Virus record (IMG/VR): IMGVR_UViG_3300031813_000003
Location: 32,001 to 96,000 of that record
Length of the DNA stretch: 64,000 nt
Reading direction: 5' to 3' (one strand)
Source of the DNA: a virus
Lineage: Duplodnaviria; Caudoviricetes
This document shows positions 49,611 to 59,425 of this stretch, piece after piece; the first letter of the stretch is position 1, and each line of letters starts with the position of its first letter. The notes under the pieces are model-generated. The model had not been told where the DNA came from, made no database searches, and saw only the letters and a program-made list of their open reading frames with translations. Position numbers and translations under genes: made by a program.

Positions 49611-50822
49611 ATGTTTAAAAGCCTCGCACATAAAACTTACGCAGTTGGGGGAAGCATTCGCAACGAATTTCTTGGGCTTGAAGCAAAAGACCTTGATTTC
49701 GTTGTTGCCGAAACGTCAGTTGCCGAATTTGAAGCTATCTTTCCTGATGTTGAGAAAGTGGGTAACAACTTTCCGGTTTACCTTCTTCCTGATTTCACTG
49801 GAGAAAAACACGAAGTAGCCCTTGCAAGGGTGGAAACTTCTACTGGTGATTCATATCAGGATTTCAACTTCGTTGCTGGTGTGACGATTGAAGAAGACCT
49901 TGGGCGCAGAGACTTCACCATCAACAGTATGGCACGTAATGTTGTTACTGGTGAACTGGTCGACCCACACAACGGTCAGAAAGACCTGAAGCTTGGGCTG
50001 ATCCGTACCATCAACAAGAATGCCTTTATAGACGATTCTCTGAGGATTCTCAGGGGTGTTCGTTTCGCAAATGAATTTGGTATGGTTATCGAATTTGATA
50101 CATTCAACCAGATGAAAGCTGCCAAACATCTGCTGAAAGCAATCCCTTCTGAGAGGGTAATAGCTGAACTGGAAAAAAACTACAAAAGAAGTGAGAAACC
50201 TTCCAGATTCTTCAAACTCTTGAAAGAAATGGATGCACTTCAGATTCATTTCAAACCTCTGTATGTCATGACCAAAGTAACCGCAGGACCTAATCAGTTC
50301 CATAATGGCAAGACTGCATTTGAACACGCAATGGATGCATTCGACTACGCTAAAAAACATGGTTACAGCTTCGATGTTGCCCTCGCAGGACTGTTCCACG
50401 ATACTGGTAAAGGTGTTACTAAGAAGTCGATCCTTCCTCACCACTATGGGCATGAAGTCATGTCTTACCTGATCAATAAACAGTTTGTCAAGCAACACCG
50501 TTTCACCAAGAAACAGGAAGAATTGATAGTGACTTTCGCAAGGCAACACATGTACTTTCATCTGTTGGAGAAGATCAAGACCCCTGTGAAACTGGTAAGG
50601 TTCTACAAGAAGATCAGGAAACATGCTGCTGATATCATACTAGCTGCAAACACTGATCATGAACTGACTCCCGAAAAGCTAGTGATCCTTGATCGTCTGG
50701 AAAGGACTTTCAAAGAAACTGTGATAGAAGTTCCCAAGGAAATCCTGAAGAAAGGTGGAGATCATGTTGTGACTTTTGTTGAGAACCAGTATGCTCAAAA
50801 GTACAAGGAGCTTTCCAGATGA
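49611..50822 (+). CDS. cca: tRNA nucleotidyltransferase (CCA-adding class II) with HD domain
   Basis: VGGSIR...G...KDLDFVV, EDLGRRDFTINSMA, DDSLRILRGVRF, LFHDTGKG. Confidence 0.93.
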   Translation: MFKSLAHKTYAVGGSIRNEFLGLEAKDLDFVVAETSVAEFEAIFPDVEKVGNNFPVYLLPDFTGEKHEVALARVETSTGDSYQDFNFVAGVTIEEDLGRRDFTINSMARNVVTGELVDPHNGQKDLKLGLIRTINKNAFIDDSLRILRGVRFANEFGMVIEFDTFNQMKAAKHLLKAIPSERVIAELEKNYKRSEKPSRFFKLLKEMDALQIHFKPLYVMTKVTAGPNQFHNGKTAFEHAMDAFDYAKKHGYSFDVALAGLFHDTGKGVTKKSILPHHYGHEVMSYLINKQFVKQHRFTKKQEELIVTFARQHMYFHLLEKIKTPVKLVRFYKKIRKHAADIILAANTDHELTPEKLVILDRLERTFKETVIEVPKEILKKGGDHVVTFVENQYAQKYKELSR

Positions 50823-51107
50823 TAGGCATTCAACGTGAGCATGTGAAAGAACGTATTGCCAGATATCGTGAACAATTCCCCGATGATCCTAGGGAAGATT
50901 GGGTCATCGGGGAAGCACTTGGTATGATGCATGATTCAAAGAACACATACTGGACAGATTTTCATTGTTCTTTATGTGATAAAAGATGGACTGAGGATGG
51001 GAGTAAATAACATATAGTCACAGGGTCACCATGATAAATATCCTATCATAAATTATAAATCTGATATAGAATTTATAAAATGTGTAATGTTATAACGGAG
51101 TATAACA

Positions 51108-52094
51108 ATGAAAGAACTAGTAGAACAAAATAGAATTCTAATGATTACTACGGGTTCGCAAGTATATGGGGCCAGCACTCCTGAATCAGATCAGGATTTT
51201 AGCGGAATCTTTATTGCACCAAAGAGATACTACTTAGGGCTAGATAAAGTAGAAGAAGTTGATCTATCAATTGTTTCCAAATTAGAAAGCGGTAGAAATG
51301 ATAAGGATGCTATCGACTCCAAATACTATGAACTTCGTAAATTCATGCGCCTAGCTATGGAAAATAACCCTAACATTCTGGATCAGTTGTTCACCCCTGC
51401 TAATCAAGTTGTGTTTACCAATAGCTTTGGTGATCTAATACTGAAGAATGCACAGCTGTTCCCTCATAAGGGATTAAAAGACAAGTACCTTGGATATGCA
51501 TTCAGCCAGAAACATAAGATGATTATCAAAGTTGATAACTATGATGGTCTTAAAGATGCTTATGATTGGTTACACGAACAATGTGGTATTGTTGATGGTG
51601 GTCTTCTTGTTGAAGATTTCCATAATGGCAGGAAGCACAAACGTCTTCTTACCGAATTCAGGGATACTGCACCAAGTTGTTTCAAGTATGACCATCATAA
51701 TGTAACAATTGGTGATCTAAGTATTTCCATCAAAGACAGTATTTACAAAACTTGGATGAAAGTGCGGGATCGTTTAAGCAAGGTTGGTAACCGTGAAGAA
51801 CTTTACACCAAATACGGTTACGATACCAAATTCGGTATGCACCTTGTCAGACTGATGTTGGAGGGTAAAGAACTGTTGTTGACAGGGAAGCTAGAATACC
51901 CTTTAAAAGACCGTCAGATGCTCTTAGATATACGCAGTGGTAAATGGGCGAAGGAAGATATCGTTTCTTACTCTGAACAGCTAGAAAGCGAATTAGCTAC
52001 CCTTGCTGAAAGTTCTGATCTGCCTAGCAAGCCTAGGTACAAAGAAATCGAAGAACTTTTGATTTCGATGGTTGAAGAATGGTGGGTAAGATAA
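51108..52094 (+). CDS. Pol-beta superfamily nucleotidyltransferase (RlaP/YcgL, T4 NrdC.11-like)
   Basis: GSQVYG..TPESDQD..GIF, NNPNIL, YGYDTKFGMHLVRL, LLDIRSG. Confidence 0.85.
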   Translation: MKELVEQNRILMITTGSQVYGASTPESDQDFSGIFIAPKRYYLGLDKVEEVDLSIVSKLESGRNDKDAIDSKYYELRKFMRLAMENNPNILDQLFTPANQVVFTNSFGDLILKNAQLFPHKGLKDKYLGYAFSQKHKMIIKVDNYDGLKDAYDWLHEQCGIVDGGLLVEDFHNGRKHKRLLTEFRDTAPSCFKYDHHNVTIGDLSISIKDSIYKTWMKVRDRLSKVGNREELYTKYGYDTKFGMHLVRLMLEGKELLLTGKLEYPLKDRQMLLDIRSGKWAKEDIVSYSEQLESELATLAESSDLPSKPRYKEIEELLISMVEEWWVR

Positions 52095-52108
52095 ATTAAA
52101 TTTTTAAA

Positions 52109-52167
52109 TTGACAAATAAATCCTCCTTTGATAGAGTTGTTTCGTAGCTCAAATCAAAGGAGGATTT
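52109..52167 (+). promoter_or_regulatory. Early promoter with anti-SD spacer
   Basis: TTGACA-17-TAGAGT; perfect 15-bp AAATCCTCCTTTGAT / ATCAAAGGAGGATTT. Confidence 0.8.
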
Positions 52168-53701
52168 TTCATGAGGAAAGCAACCGAGGTAAGTACTATC
52201 AAGACTCTGGTTGATGATACTGAAGTCAACCTTTACTCTAAGAAGCAATCTGATCGTTTTTACTCCCATATCAAAGAAAGACCTGATTCACAAACCAAAG
52301 TTGTCAAACAGGAATCTGATGGTATAATTGTCCTTCATCATTTCTTTCGTTACGAAAAAGGTTGGTTAGGTTACGTCCTTCTGCTTGGCCCACTTGGGGG
52401 AGAGAAGACCCTCCATGACGTATATGTATGGGAAACGCAGAAAGGTGAATTGTTTCTATCCAGAAAATAACATCCCAAGGAGGGAATATGTCAGTCTTAA
52501 ATTTCGCTCATAAAGTTGCGGTTCTTCGTGAAAGTATCAATCAAGGTTACGAAAGTCTTTCTGAGTTTGAAGCTCAATATCACTCTGAATGCGCCATGTT
52601 TGGTGATGCAGGGCCAGGACAATATCTCACTATCCAAAGTATCAAAGAGGATATCAAAAAAGAAGAAGAGGTTCTTATATCTCTCATGAACACCCCTATC
52701 GGGAAAGCACTCAAAGCTTTCGAACAACGTAAGCATGAAGCGTATATAGCAACCCTCACTGATGATGATCTCATTCCATTTTAAAGGAGTATTCTATAAT
52801 GAATATATATGTAAAGATTGGAACACACTCATTGGAATGTGTGAAGGTTTGTAGGAAACGTAATCTTCCTAAGAGTGGCGAAATCATAGCGATAAAGAAA
52901 CTTCATCATGGGGCAAAAGAAGAGAAGATCAGGATAGAATCTGTGAATAGCGCAGGTTTCTATTTTGCATCATACTAAAGGAATATTACATGGATAAGTT
53001 AGAAAAAATAATGCGGTTCAGATGTGAAGGATGTGATTATTTTGGTGTTACTGTCGATGGTATCAAACAAAATGGTTGGTGCTATATGTTTGGTGATTTT
53101 ATGATGAACTGCAAACAGTACTCATATACTATGACCGCAGAACATACACATCATGCATTGACAGGGGAATAGATGGAAGACTTAATACTTAAATTCACTC
53201 TAGATGATCCGAAACCAGAACCAGATAACTGTAAAGGATTGTACTTCAGGGGCTATAATAACTTCTATTCTCAAGGGATAAATGTACATCGTAAACAAGG
53301 TGTTAAGTTCCTGAAGAGAAAGTCTTGCCCTGGATGTAAGTATTGTAGTTGGTATTATGATCAGATGAATGAAATGCTTCAATCCGATTGTGTACTTTTG
53401 CCTGAGATAGAACATGGGGCTTTATATTCTATTCGTGTAATTAATGAATCAAGAGATTGGGAAACTGGATATATTGATCAATATGATTTTGAGTTTTATG
53501 AAGTCGAGGAGAATTAATGAAAGTCGGAGATACAGTTAAAATAATTCAAAGTCGATATATTACAGAATTGAAGAATAGAGTTCACCCTGTAAAAGGTGTG
53601 GTTACTAGGATAGATGGTATGTATATATATGTAAAACCTCATAGGTGTGATTGGGAGCTTGAGGCATACCCAAATGAATTACGAATGTTTTAAAATAAAA
53701 A

Positions 53702-53730
53702 TTGACATAAAAATGATCTTTTGCTATAGT
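53702..53730 (+). promoter_or_regulatory. Early promoter
   Basis: TTGACA-17-TATAGT with TG extension. Confidence 0.7.
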
Positions 53731-53779
53731 TGATTTACGAACTGAGGCGAAACAACTTAACCCACAGAGGAGATTTACC

Positions 53780-54073
53780 ATGAGCAAAGCAACCAAGACC
53801 ATCACTTCCGCAGACGTTTCCTCCATCATCAAGACCATTCCGAATGGTCACATGTTCACCGCAACCTTCGTTAAGGCAAACGGCGAAACTCGCAAGATGA
53901 ATTGCCGCACTGGTGTGGTGAAATACCTCAACCCGAATCCTTCGAGGGTCAAAGCACCGAATCCTTCGCATCTGGTAACCGTCTACGATGTCAAGAGCAA
54001 AGGTTACCGCACGATCAACTGCACTACGGTCACCAAGATCGTTGCTGAGAAACGGGTCTTCGCAGTAGCGTAA
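53780..54073 (+). CDS. SH3-barrel/WYL_2-like protein, paralogue 2
   Basis: FTATFVKANGETRKMNCRTGV.KYLNPNPSR...VTVYDV..KGYRTIN. Confidence 0.6.
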   Translation: MSKATKTITSADVSSIIKTIPNGHMFTATFVKANGETRKMNCRTGVVKYLNPNPSRVKAPNPSHLVTVYDVKSKGYRTINCTTVTKIVAEKRVFAVA

Positions 54074-54085
54074 TCAACAATTTTA

Positions 54086-54156
54086 TATGAGGTAATTAGG
54101 ATATGGTTTAAGATGCCTGTGAAAAGGTTGGAAGAAACCGTCCTAATTACCTCATA
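54086..54156. repeat. 16-bp perfect inverted repeat with extended stem
   Basis: TATGAGGTAATTAGGA ... TCCTAATTACCTCATA plus TGGTTT/AAACCG. Confidence 0.85.
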
Positions 54157-54395
54157 GTTTATTAAATTGACAACATCCAACTTATATGATAAAAGGATAT
54201 GTTATGTATAAAGAATTATGTTTTATATTAGTTTTTATTAATTTGGGTGTTGCTGTGTTTAATGCAGCTATTTCCTACTACTTTAGACCAACATGCAAAG
54301 TTTCAATCTACTGTGCCAGATTTTCGTTTCTGTATGGAATTGGATGTTTGGTGTATTACTCGGCTAAGGGTTATCTCAACTAAAGGAGATTCTGT

Positions 54396-54704
54396 ATGAA
54401 AAAGGCAAAGAAATCGTCAAGAGAACAGGTAATCACCCCAGGAGATATCCATACTCTACTTTCTATCATACCCAAAGGTCACACTTTTAGTGTCCTCTTC
54501 ACCAAGAAGGATGGGCAAGCTAGACTGATGGATTGCCGTATGGGTGTGAAGGCATACCTCAATCCGAATCCTTCAAGGCCCAAACCAGCAATGCCTGAAA
54601 ACATAGTGACTGTGTTCGATATGCAGAAAAAAGCATATCGCCACATCAATATCGATACGACAATCACTATCAAAGCCGAAGGGTCTACTTTCTATGTCCG
54701 GTAA
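54396..54704 (+). CDS. SH3-barrel/WYL_2-like protein, paralogue 3
   Basis: FSVLFTKKDGQARLMDCRMGVKAYLNPNPSR...VTVFDM..KAYRHIN. Confidence 0.6.
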   Translation: MKKAKKSSREQVITPGDIHTLLSIIPKGHTFSVLFTKKDGQARLMDCRMGVKAYLNPNPSRPKPAMPENIVTVFDMQKKAYRHINIDTTITIKAEGSTFYVR

Positions 54705-54884
54705 AATATACTTCAGACCTAATTCCAGTGAACGTGATCCGCATAGATGTTATTGTGGATCATGTAAAAAGTACTTTAACCCATACACAGCACCTAAATA
54801 TCAAAATTACACAGGTATTCCTGATACATTTCAATGCCCTTTGTGTGGGCATATTGGTGAAGTTGACAGAGATTATTAAAAGCC

Positions 54885-55060
54885 ATGCTAGGCTTGCTAC
54901 CTAGCTAGTGGGGATGACACCCCATGATCGAAGCGGAGTAGCTACCGCAAAAAACAGGGTAGAGGTCAACCTTAGACTCCTGATAGCAGTAGGGTCAGAG
55001 TAGGAACGGTGGAGGGAAGTTATGTGACTATCCCCATGAAGCTGTCCAACTCCTGCTGAA
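54885..55060 (+). ncRNA. Candidate structured ncRNA, family not recognised
   Basis: GC-rich intergenic stretch with five consecutive hairpins; strand assumed from flanking genes. Confidence 0.55.
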
Positions 55061-55088
55061 GTTAAATCTAAATCAAAAGGAAGCAAAA

Positions 55089-55808
55089 TTGGAACCTCTT
55101 ACTGTATTTTTATTGATCTTTGTTTTTGCTGCTAGTACTGTTGCTTCAATAAGGTATACAAGTTGTTTTGAACTATTTATGGTGTGCGTCATTGGAACTA
55201 TGTTCATGGTAATGGTATCATTTATTGATGATTCTTCACACATAGACCATGAATTGCTTGATCATAAAGTAATAGAAACACCAACAGAGATAATTGTAGT
55301 GACTCCTTCAAGGAATTTCACTTTCAAATCAATTGAAGATAGGTCTGCTCTGACTGCAAAAAGATTTTTCATCAGGAAGTACAAGAATGCTTGGGGAATA
55401 GATATAGACCAAACATTAGTTTGGTTATAAAGGAGATTTTAAATGGATACCATTACTATTTCGTTTTTGCTTACAATAATATTATTTGTTTGTGGGATAG
55501 TATTAATAAAAAAGTATAATGAAGATGATTTAGGTGCAATTCTTATGCTGATAGGAATTATTATAGGAACTATTGCAATTGTATGGTCTTTTAACAAAGA
55601 ATATCCTACGACAAATATACCTGTGCAGGTTTTAATTTTTGATCACAAAAGTAAACTTCTTGTAGAGGTTAATGATAATGTTGAATCACCTTTTGAATTT
55701 ACTAAGCTAGAAGATAGAAGTATGTTCCAAGCTAAACGATTCTATATTCAAAACTATAATAACTATTGGGGAATGGAAATGACACCTAAACTCAAATGGG
55801 AGAAATAA
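55089..55808 (+). repeat. Two tandem paralogous membrane-anchored protein genes
   Basis: FTFKSIEDRSALTAKRFFIRKYKNAWG / FEFTKLEDRSMFQAKRFYIQNYNNYWG after two TM helices. Confidence 0.65.
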
Positions 55809-55809
55809 A

Positions 55810-56205
55810 ATGTCTAAACTGATTATAGTAAGAGGGTTGCCTGGGTCTGGTAAGTCAACCGTAGCAAAGTCTTTCGGTCTGTTCCATGTGGAAGCTGACA
55901 TGTTCTTCATGCACGATGGTGTGTATGATTGGGACGCTGGAAGAGTATCTAAAGCACATCGTTGGTGTGCTGATATGGTACGGACTGCAATGATTAATGG
56001 ATCAGATGTTGCGGTATCTAATACCTTCACTCAGAAGTGGGAACTTCAGAACTACATCGAAATCGCATCACAGTACAACTACGATGTAAGGGTGATCCGT
56101 TGTATTGCTGATTTTGGTAATGTTCATTCTGTCCCTGCCGAAGCACTTGCCAAAATGAAAGCAAGGTTTGAAGACTACGAGGGCGAAGAGATTTATGTTC
56201 CTTAA
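55810..56205 (+). CDS. P-loop kinase (AAA_33, polynucleotide-kinase-like)
   Basis: RGLPGSGKST, EAD.FF, AH.WC, VSNTFT..WE, NVHSVP. Confidence 0.85.
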   Translation: MSKLIIVRGLPGSGKSTVAKSFGLFHVEADMFFMHDGVYDWDAGRVSKAHRWCADMVRTAMINGSDVAVSNTFTQKWELQNYIEIASQYNYDVRVIRCIADFGNVHSVPAEALAKMKARFEDYEGEEIYVP

Positions 56206-56530
56206 TGTCGATACGTTTCTGTTGATCCTATGGGTACATTTCATAGCTGACTTCGTACTACAATCCTCCCAAATGGCTCAAAACAAGTCCACAAGCGTCA
56301 AATGGCTTTCGATCCATGTGGTGACCTACACTTTGCCATTGCTCCTATTTGGATGGAAATTTGCGCTTCTAAATGGTATTGCGCATTGGTGCGTTGACTT
56401 CGTTACCTCCAAATATACCAAACGTCTTTGGGAAGCTAAAGAGGTACACTATTTTTTCGTTGTCATTGGGTTAGATCAGGTTATTCATATGTCATTTTTG
56501 TATGGTAGTTATAACCAATTCTTAAAATAA
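56195..56530 (+). CDS. DUF3307 membrane protein
   Basis: HFIADFVLQ, H...Y, HWCVD, GLDQVIH. Confidence 0.8.
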   Translation: MFLNVDTFLLILWVHFIADFVLQSSQMAQNKSTSVKWLSIHVVTYTLPLLLFGWKFALLNGIAHWCVDFVTSKYTKRLWEAKEVHYFFVVIGLDQVIHMSFLYGSYNQFLK

Positions 56531-57301
56531 AGGGATATTAAATGTTTACAAGATTTGAAATTGTATCTGATATAAAATTTTTTGGAGTTAAACTTATTAC
56601 TGTTGATGGAATACCAGTTGCAGGATTGCAACTTGTTCATGATGATTTGAACAATGATGCTATTGTATGGAAAACATTAGGAGAAACAGTTAAAATTAAG
56701 AATAGAACTGAATCGAATGGACGTAACTGGAAGTGTAAAGTTATTGAAATTTCTCCTTATAGTGTCATAAATTATCGTGAAGTAGAATAGGAGAGTAAAA
56801 TGAGTAGTATTACAGTATTTACAGAACATGGTGTTGAATATCGTCAAGAGTATGAAGCATCTTTGATTTCAATTGAACAAGATAATGTTAAACTAAGTGA
56901 AATCAGAATCATAAATGGTAAATTTCATACAGTAGCTTATGTTGAAAAAGTTAGAAAGAAGTGGTATAAACCACAAGTATACCGAATTTGCTGGTTACCA
57001 TTCAAAAATAGGCAGTCTTATATCAATGAGCAAACAGTTGAAGAGGTCAATATTCTTATTGCTGGTATGGCAGAACTTAAACTAGGGCTAGAAACATGGC
57101 AGAATGAAATTGAAGAATGGAAAGCAAGACAGGCTGATCATATCAAAGACCTTGGGTTAGGAATGCACAATTTTCAAAATTCATTTGATAATAGAGAAGA
57201 AAAAATCGAAGTTCTTGAAAAGAATATTCGAACTCTTGATAAGAAAATCAAGGACTTGAGTATTGTTGTTCCTCGTACCAGATAAAAATTTTGATTAAAA
57301 T

Positions 57302-57360
57302 TTGACAAACCGATCTCCTTCATGATAGGGTAGATTATCCTTTCATGAAGGAGATTTTTA
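57302..57360 (+). promoter_or_regulatory. Promoter-spacer hairpin followed by T-rich tract
   Basis: TTGACA-18-TAGGGT; ATCTCCTTCATGA / TCATGAAGGAGAT then TTTTATTT. Confidence 0.7.
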
Positions 57361-57373
57361 TTTACGGAGATTT

Positions 57374-57640
57374 ATGAATATTCCAGATTTAATTAACGGT
57401 AGTTTTGAGTTGTGTGGTGGATTGCTTTGTTGGTTTAATGTCAAAAAGCTTTTAATAGAGAAAGAAATCAAAGGTGTTTATTGGCCTATCCAAGGATTCT
57501 TCTCTGCCTGGGGTCTTTTTAACATTTTCTTTTATAGTAATTTACAACAATGGTCTTCTTTCCTTGGTGGAATCTTCATGGTTATAGCTAACATCACTTG
57601 GGTTGTGTTGGCTTGGTATTATACTAAAGCTAACCAATAA
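57374..57640 (+). CDS. Three-TM PQ-loop/SemiSWEET-like membrane protein
   Basis: NVKKL...KEIKGV.W....F..WG..N..FY; three TM helices. Confidence 0.5.
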   Translation: MNIPDLINGSFELCGGLLCWFNVKKLLIEKEIKGVYWPIQGFFSAWGLFNIFFYSNLQQWSSFLGGIFMVIANITWVVLAWYYTKANQ

Positions 57641-58343
57641 TTAGTTGCCAATTTTTACATTTTCCACTCATTATCTTTCGGTTCAATGTTAAAGATTTAC
57701 TAAAGGTTTGCCAAGCATACCCATTTTCTTTACACCATTCTTGTATGTTAGAGAAATTTGTAAAATGAATCACTATATCATCTGCTGTTATGATTTTGTA
57801 ATCTTTTTGCCGAGCTCTCCTTAAATTGATTGACATTTGTTTTCTACTCTCATCACTTTTATAAAATTCTTTTATTCCATCTGATTGTCTCTTACGTTTT
57901 TCATCAGATGCTTTTTTACCATAGTTTGGATTTTTTGTCGGGTCTTTATATAATGCTTTTTTACTTTGTGATATAAGTTTTCTAGTTTCTGGAGAATTTA
58001 CTCTAACATAAGCATTATTTTTGGCTAACCAAATAGAATATGTTTCAGGATCATTGAAATTTATTCTATTACCTCCACTACCACCAATACACATATTATA
58101 TGTATCTTTACGATCAACAAACCATTGATCTACAATTTGAGTTTCCAACTCATATGCATGATCAACATCAAGACAATAATGAAGTATTTGGTATGTGAAC
58201 TTATCTTTACCATATTTTTTAACAGCTAATGATAATAGTTTACCAGAACCAATATAACCATCGTTTAGATTATAAGTAGAATGAACACCGATATACATTT
58301 TTAAATTGACAATGTTTGTAGTTAGATATACAATATGATACAT
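57630..58343 (-). mobile_element. Second free-standing GIY-YIG homing endonuclease
   Basis: IVYLTTN.VN.KMYIGVHST....DGYIGSG; NPNYGKK.S.E.RK; late-promoter variant GATAAATA at 58371-58378 (minus). Confidence 0.88.
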
Positions 58344-58446
58344 AATAAGTTACCTCTATAGTTTTATTAGTATTTATCTAAAATAGGATGGAACCTTTTA
58401 TATTACGGATAAACTATAGAAATAATTAAACTAAAGGAGAAATGAA

Positions 58447-59118
58447 TTGAACAAACTAATGAAGTCCCTAGAGGAACTAATAGAACTTAAAGCAGATAAT
58501 CAAGATTTAAAAAAAGAACTTTCCTCACTTCTAAAAATGTTGAAGGTTGGATTTGAATCTACCACAAAGGGAATGGAAAAAATCCCCAAACTATATGCAA
58601 CCAATGATACTGAAAAGATCATGGCATTCTATAACTCTTTCGGTAACCAAATAAACGCCATGAAACTATCAGGGAACTTTGAAAAGTTTGCTGAATTCCT
58701 ACGCATCACCTATGGGATAAATATCTCGTTCACTTCAGAAACTGCACCAAACATTCATTACATCAAGAAACCAAAGAAACTTCAGAAGTTTCAAGACCTG
58801 TTCAACCGTTATTTCCTTGAAGAAGCACCAAGGTCTGCTGCTGAAGCAGTAACTAAAATTCTCAATTCTCTGGATAAATTAACCAAAGAAAATATCTCAG
58901 AGAATGATACAATTAAAGAAACTCTCAAGGGTATTATCGAAGCACAGAATGAACATTCTCCTGCGACTGTTAAGACTATGGACAAGATTCTTACTTCAGC
59001 TAGGATCAAATCTCTTAGTGTTGAAGATGTAGCAAATGATGCAGAAGAAAAGCTAAACCTACAGCAGCAAGGGATTGACCTTGTACTCAAGGAGAACTCA
59101 ACAGACAAAGAGGACTAA
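58447..59118 (+). CDS. Hypothetical helical protein
   Basis: 223 aa ORF with AAGGAG RBS; no recognised motif. Confidence 0.5.
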   Translation: MNKLMKSLEELIELKADNQDLKKELSSLLKMLKVGFESTTKGMEKIPKLYATNDTEKIMAFYNSFGNQINAMKLSGNFEKFAEFLRITYGINISFTSETAPNIHYIKKPKKLQKFQDLFNRYFLEEAPRSAAEAVTKILNSLDKLTKENISENDTIKETLKGIIEAQNEHSPATVKTMDKILTSARIKSLSVEDVANDAEEKLNLQQQGIDLVLKENSTDKED

Positions 59119-59425
59119 TTATGGAATGGTGGAACGATCTTAATGTAAAAAAGATGTACGCAGTAGGGCAATCATTTGACGGTAAATCAATTGATGGTGA
59201 TCAAGTTGGTTGTTGGATGATGGAAGGTATTTTTGAAACTGAACAAGAAGCAATCAAACATTGTACTAAAGATGATTGGTTTGTTGTACCAGTTCCTGTT
59301 GGAATGCTTACTGGTTATGCTATCCCTGATGGAATGTTTTGGCCCAATCTTCAGAGTAAAGAAGAAGGATTAGAAAGAATTAGATTATTTAGGTTAGGGT
59401 TATTAGATGAAGAGGAAGGTTCAGG

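Noticed and set aside
49851-50624. 257-aa antisense ORF, and similar ones at 30798-31370, 37312-37842 and 42224-42520
   Set aside because: Shadows of well-supported + strand genes, with no RBS or recognisable motifs.
53170-53175. Read-through fusions at stop codons directly followed by in-frame ATG (also 9747/9748, 38721/38722, 46130/46131, 49081/49082)
   Set aside because: Most downstream genes have their own SD-like sequence inside the upstream gene; ordinary tight packing explains them.
54167-54195. Additional TTGACA promoter
   Set aside because: No acceptable -10 hexamer at 16-18 nt spacing.
54905-55060. tmRNA, SRP RNA or SAM/cobalamin riboswitch
   Set aside because: GGGGATGAC resembles a tmRNA 5' end, but there is no T-arm/CCA 3' end or tag ORF, and the SRP and riboswitch core motifs are absent.
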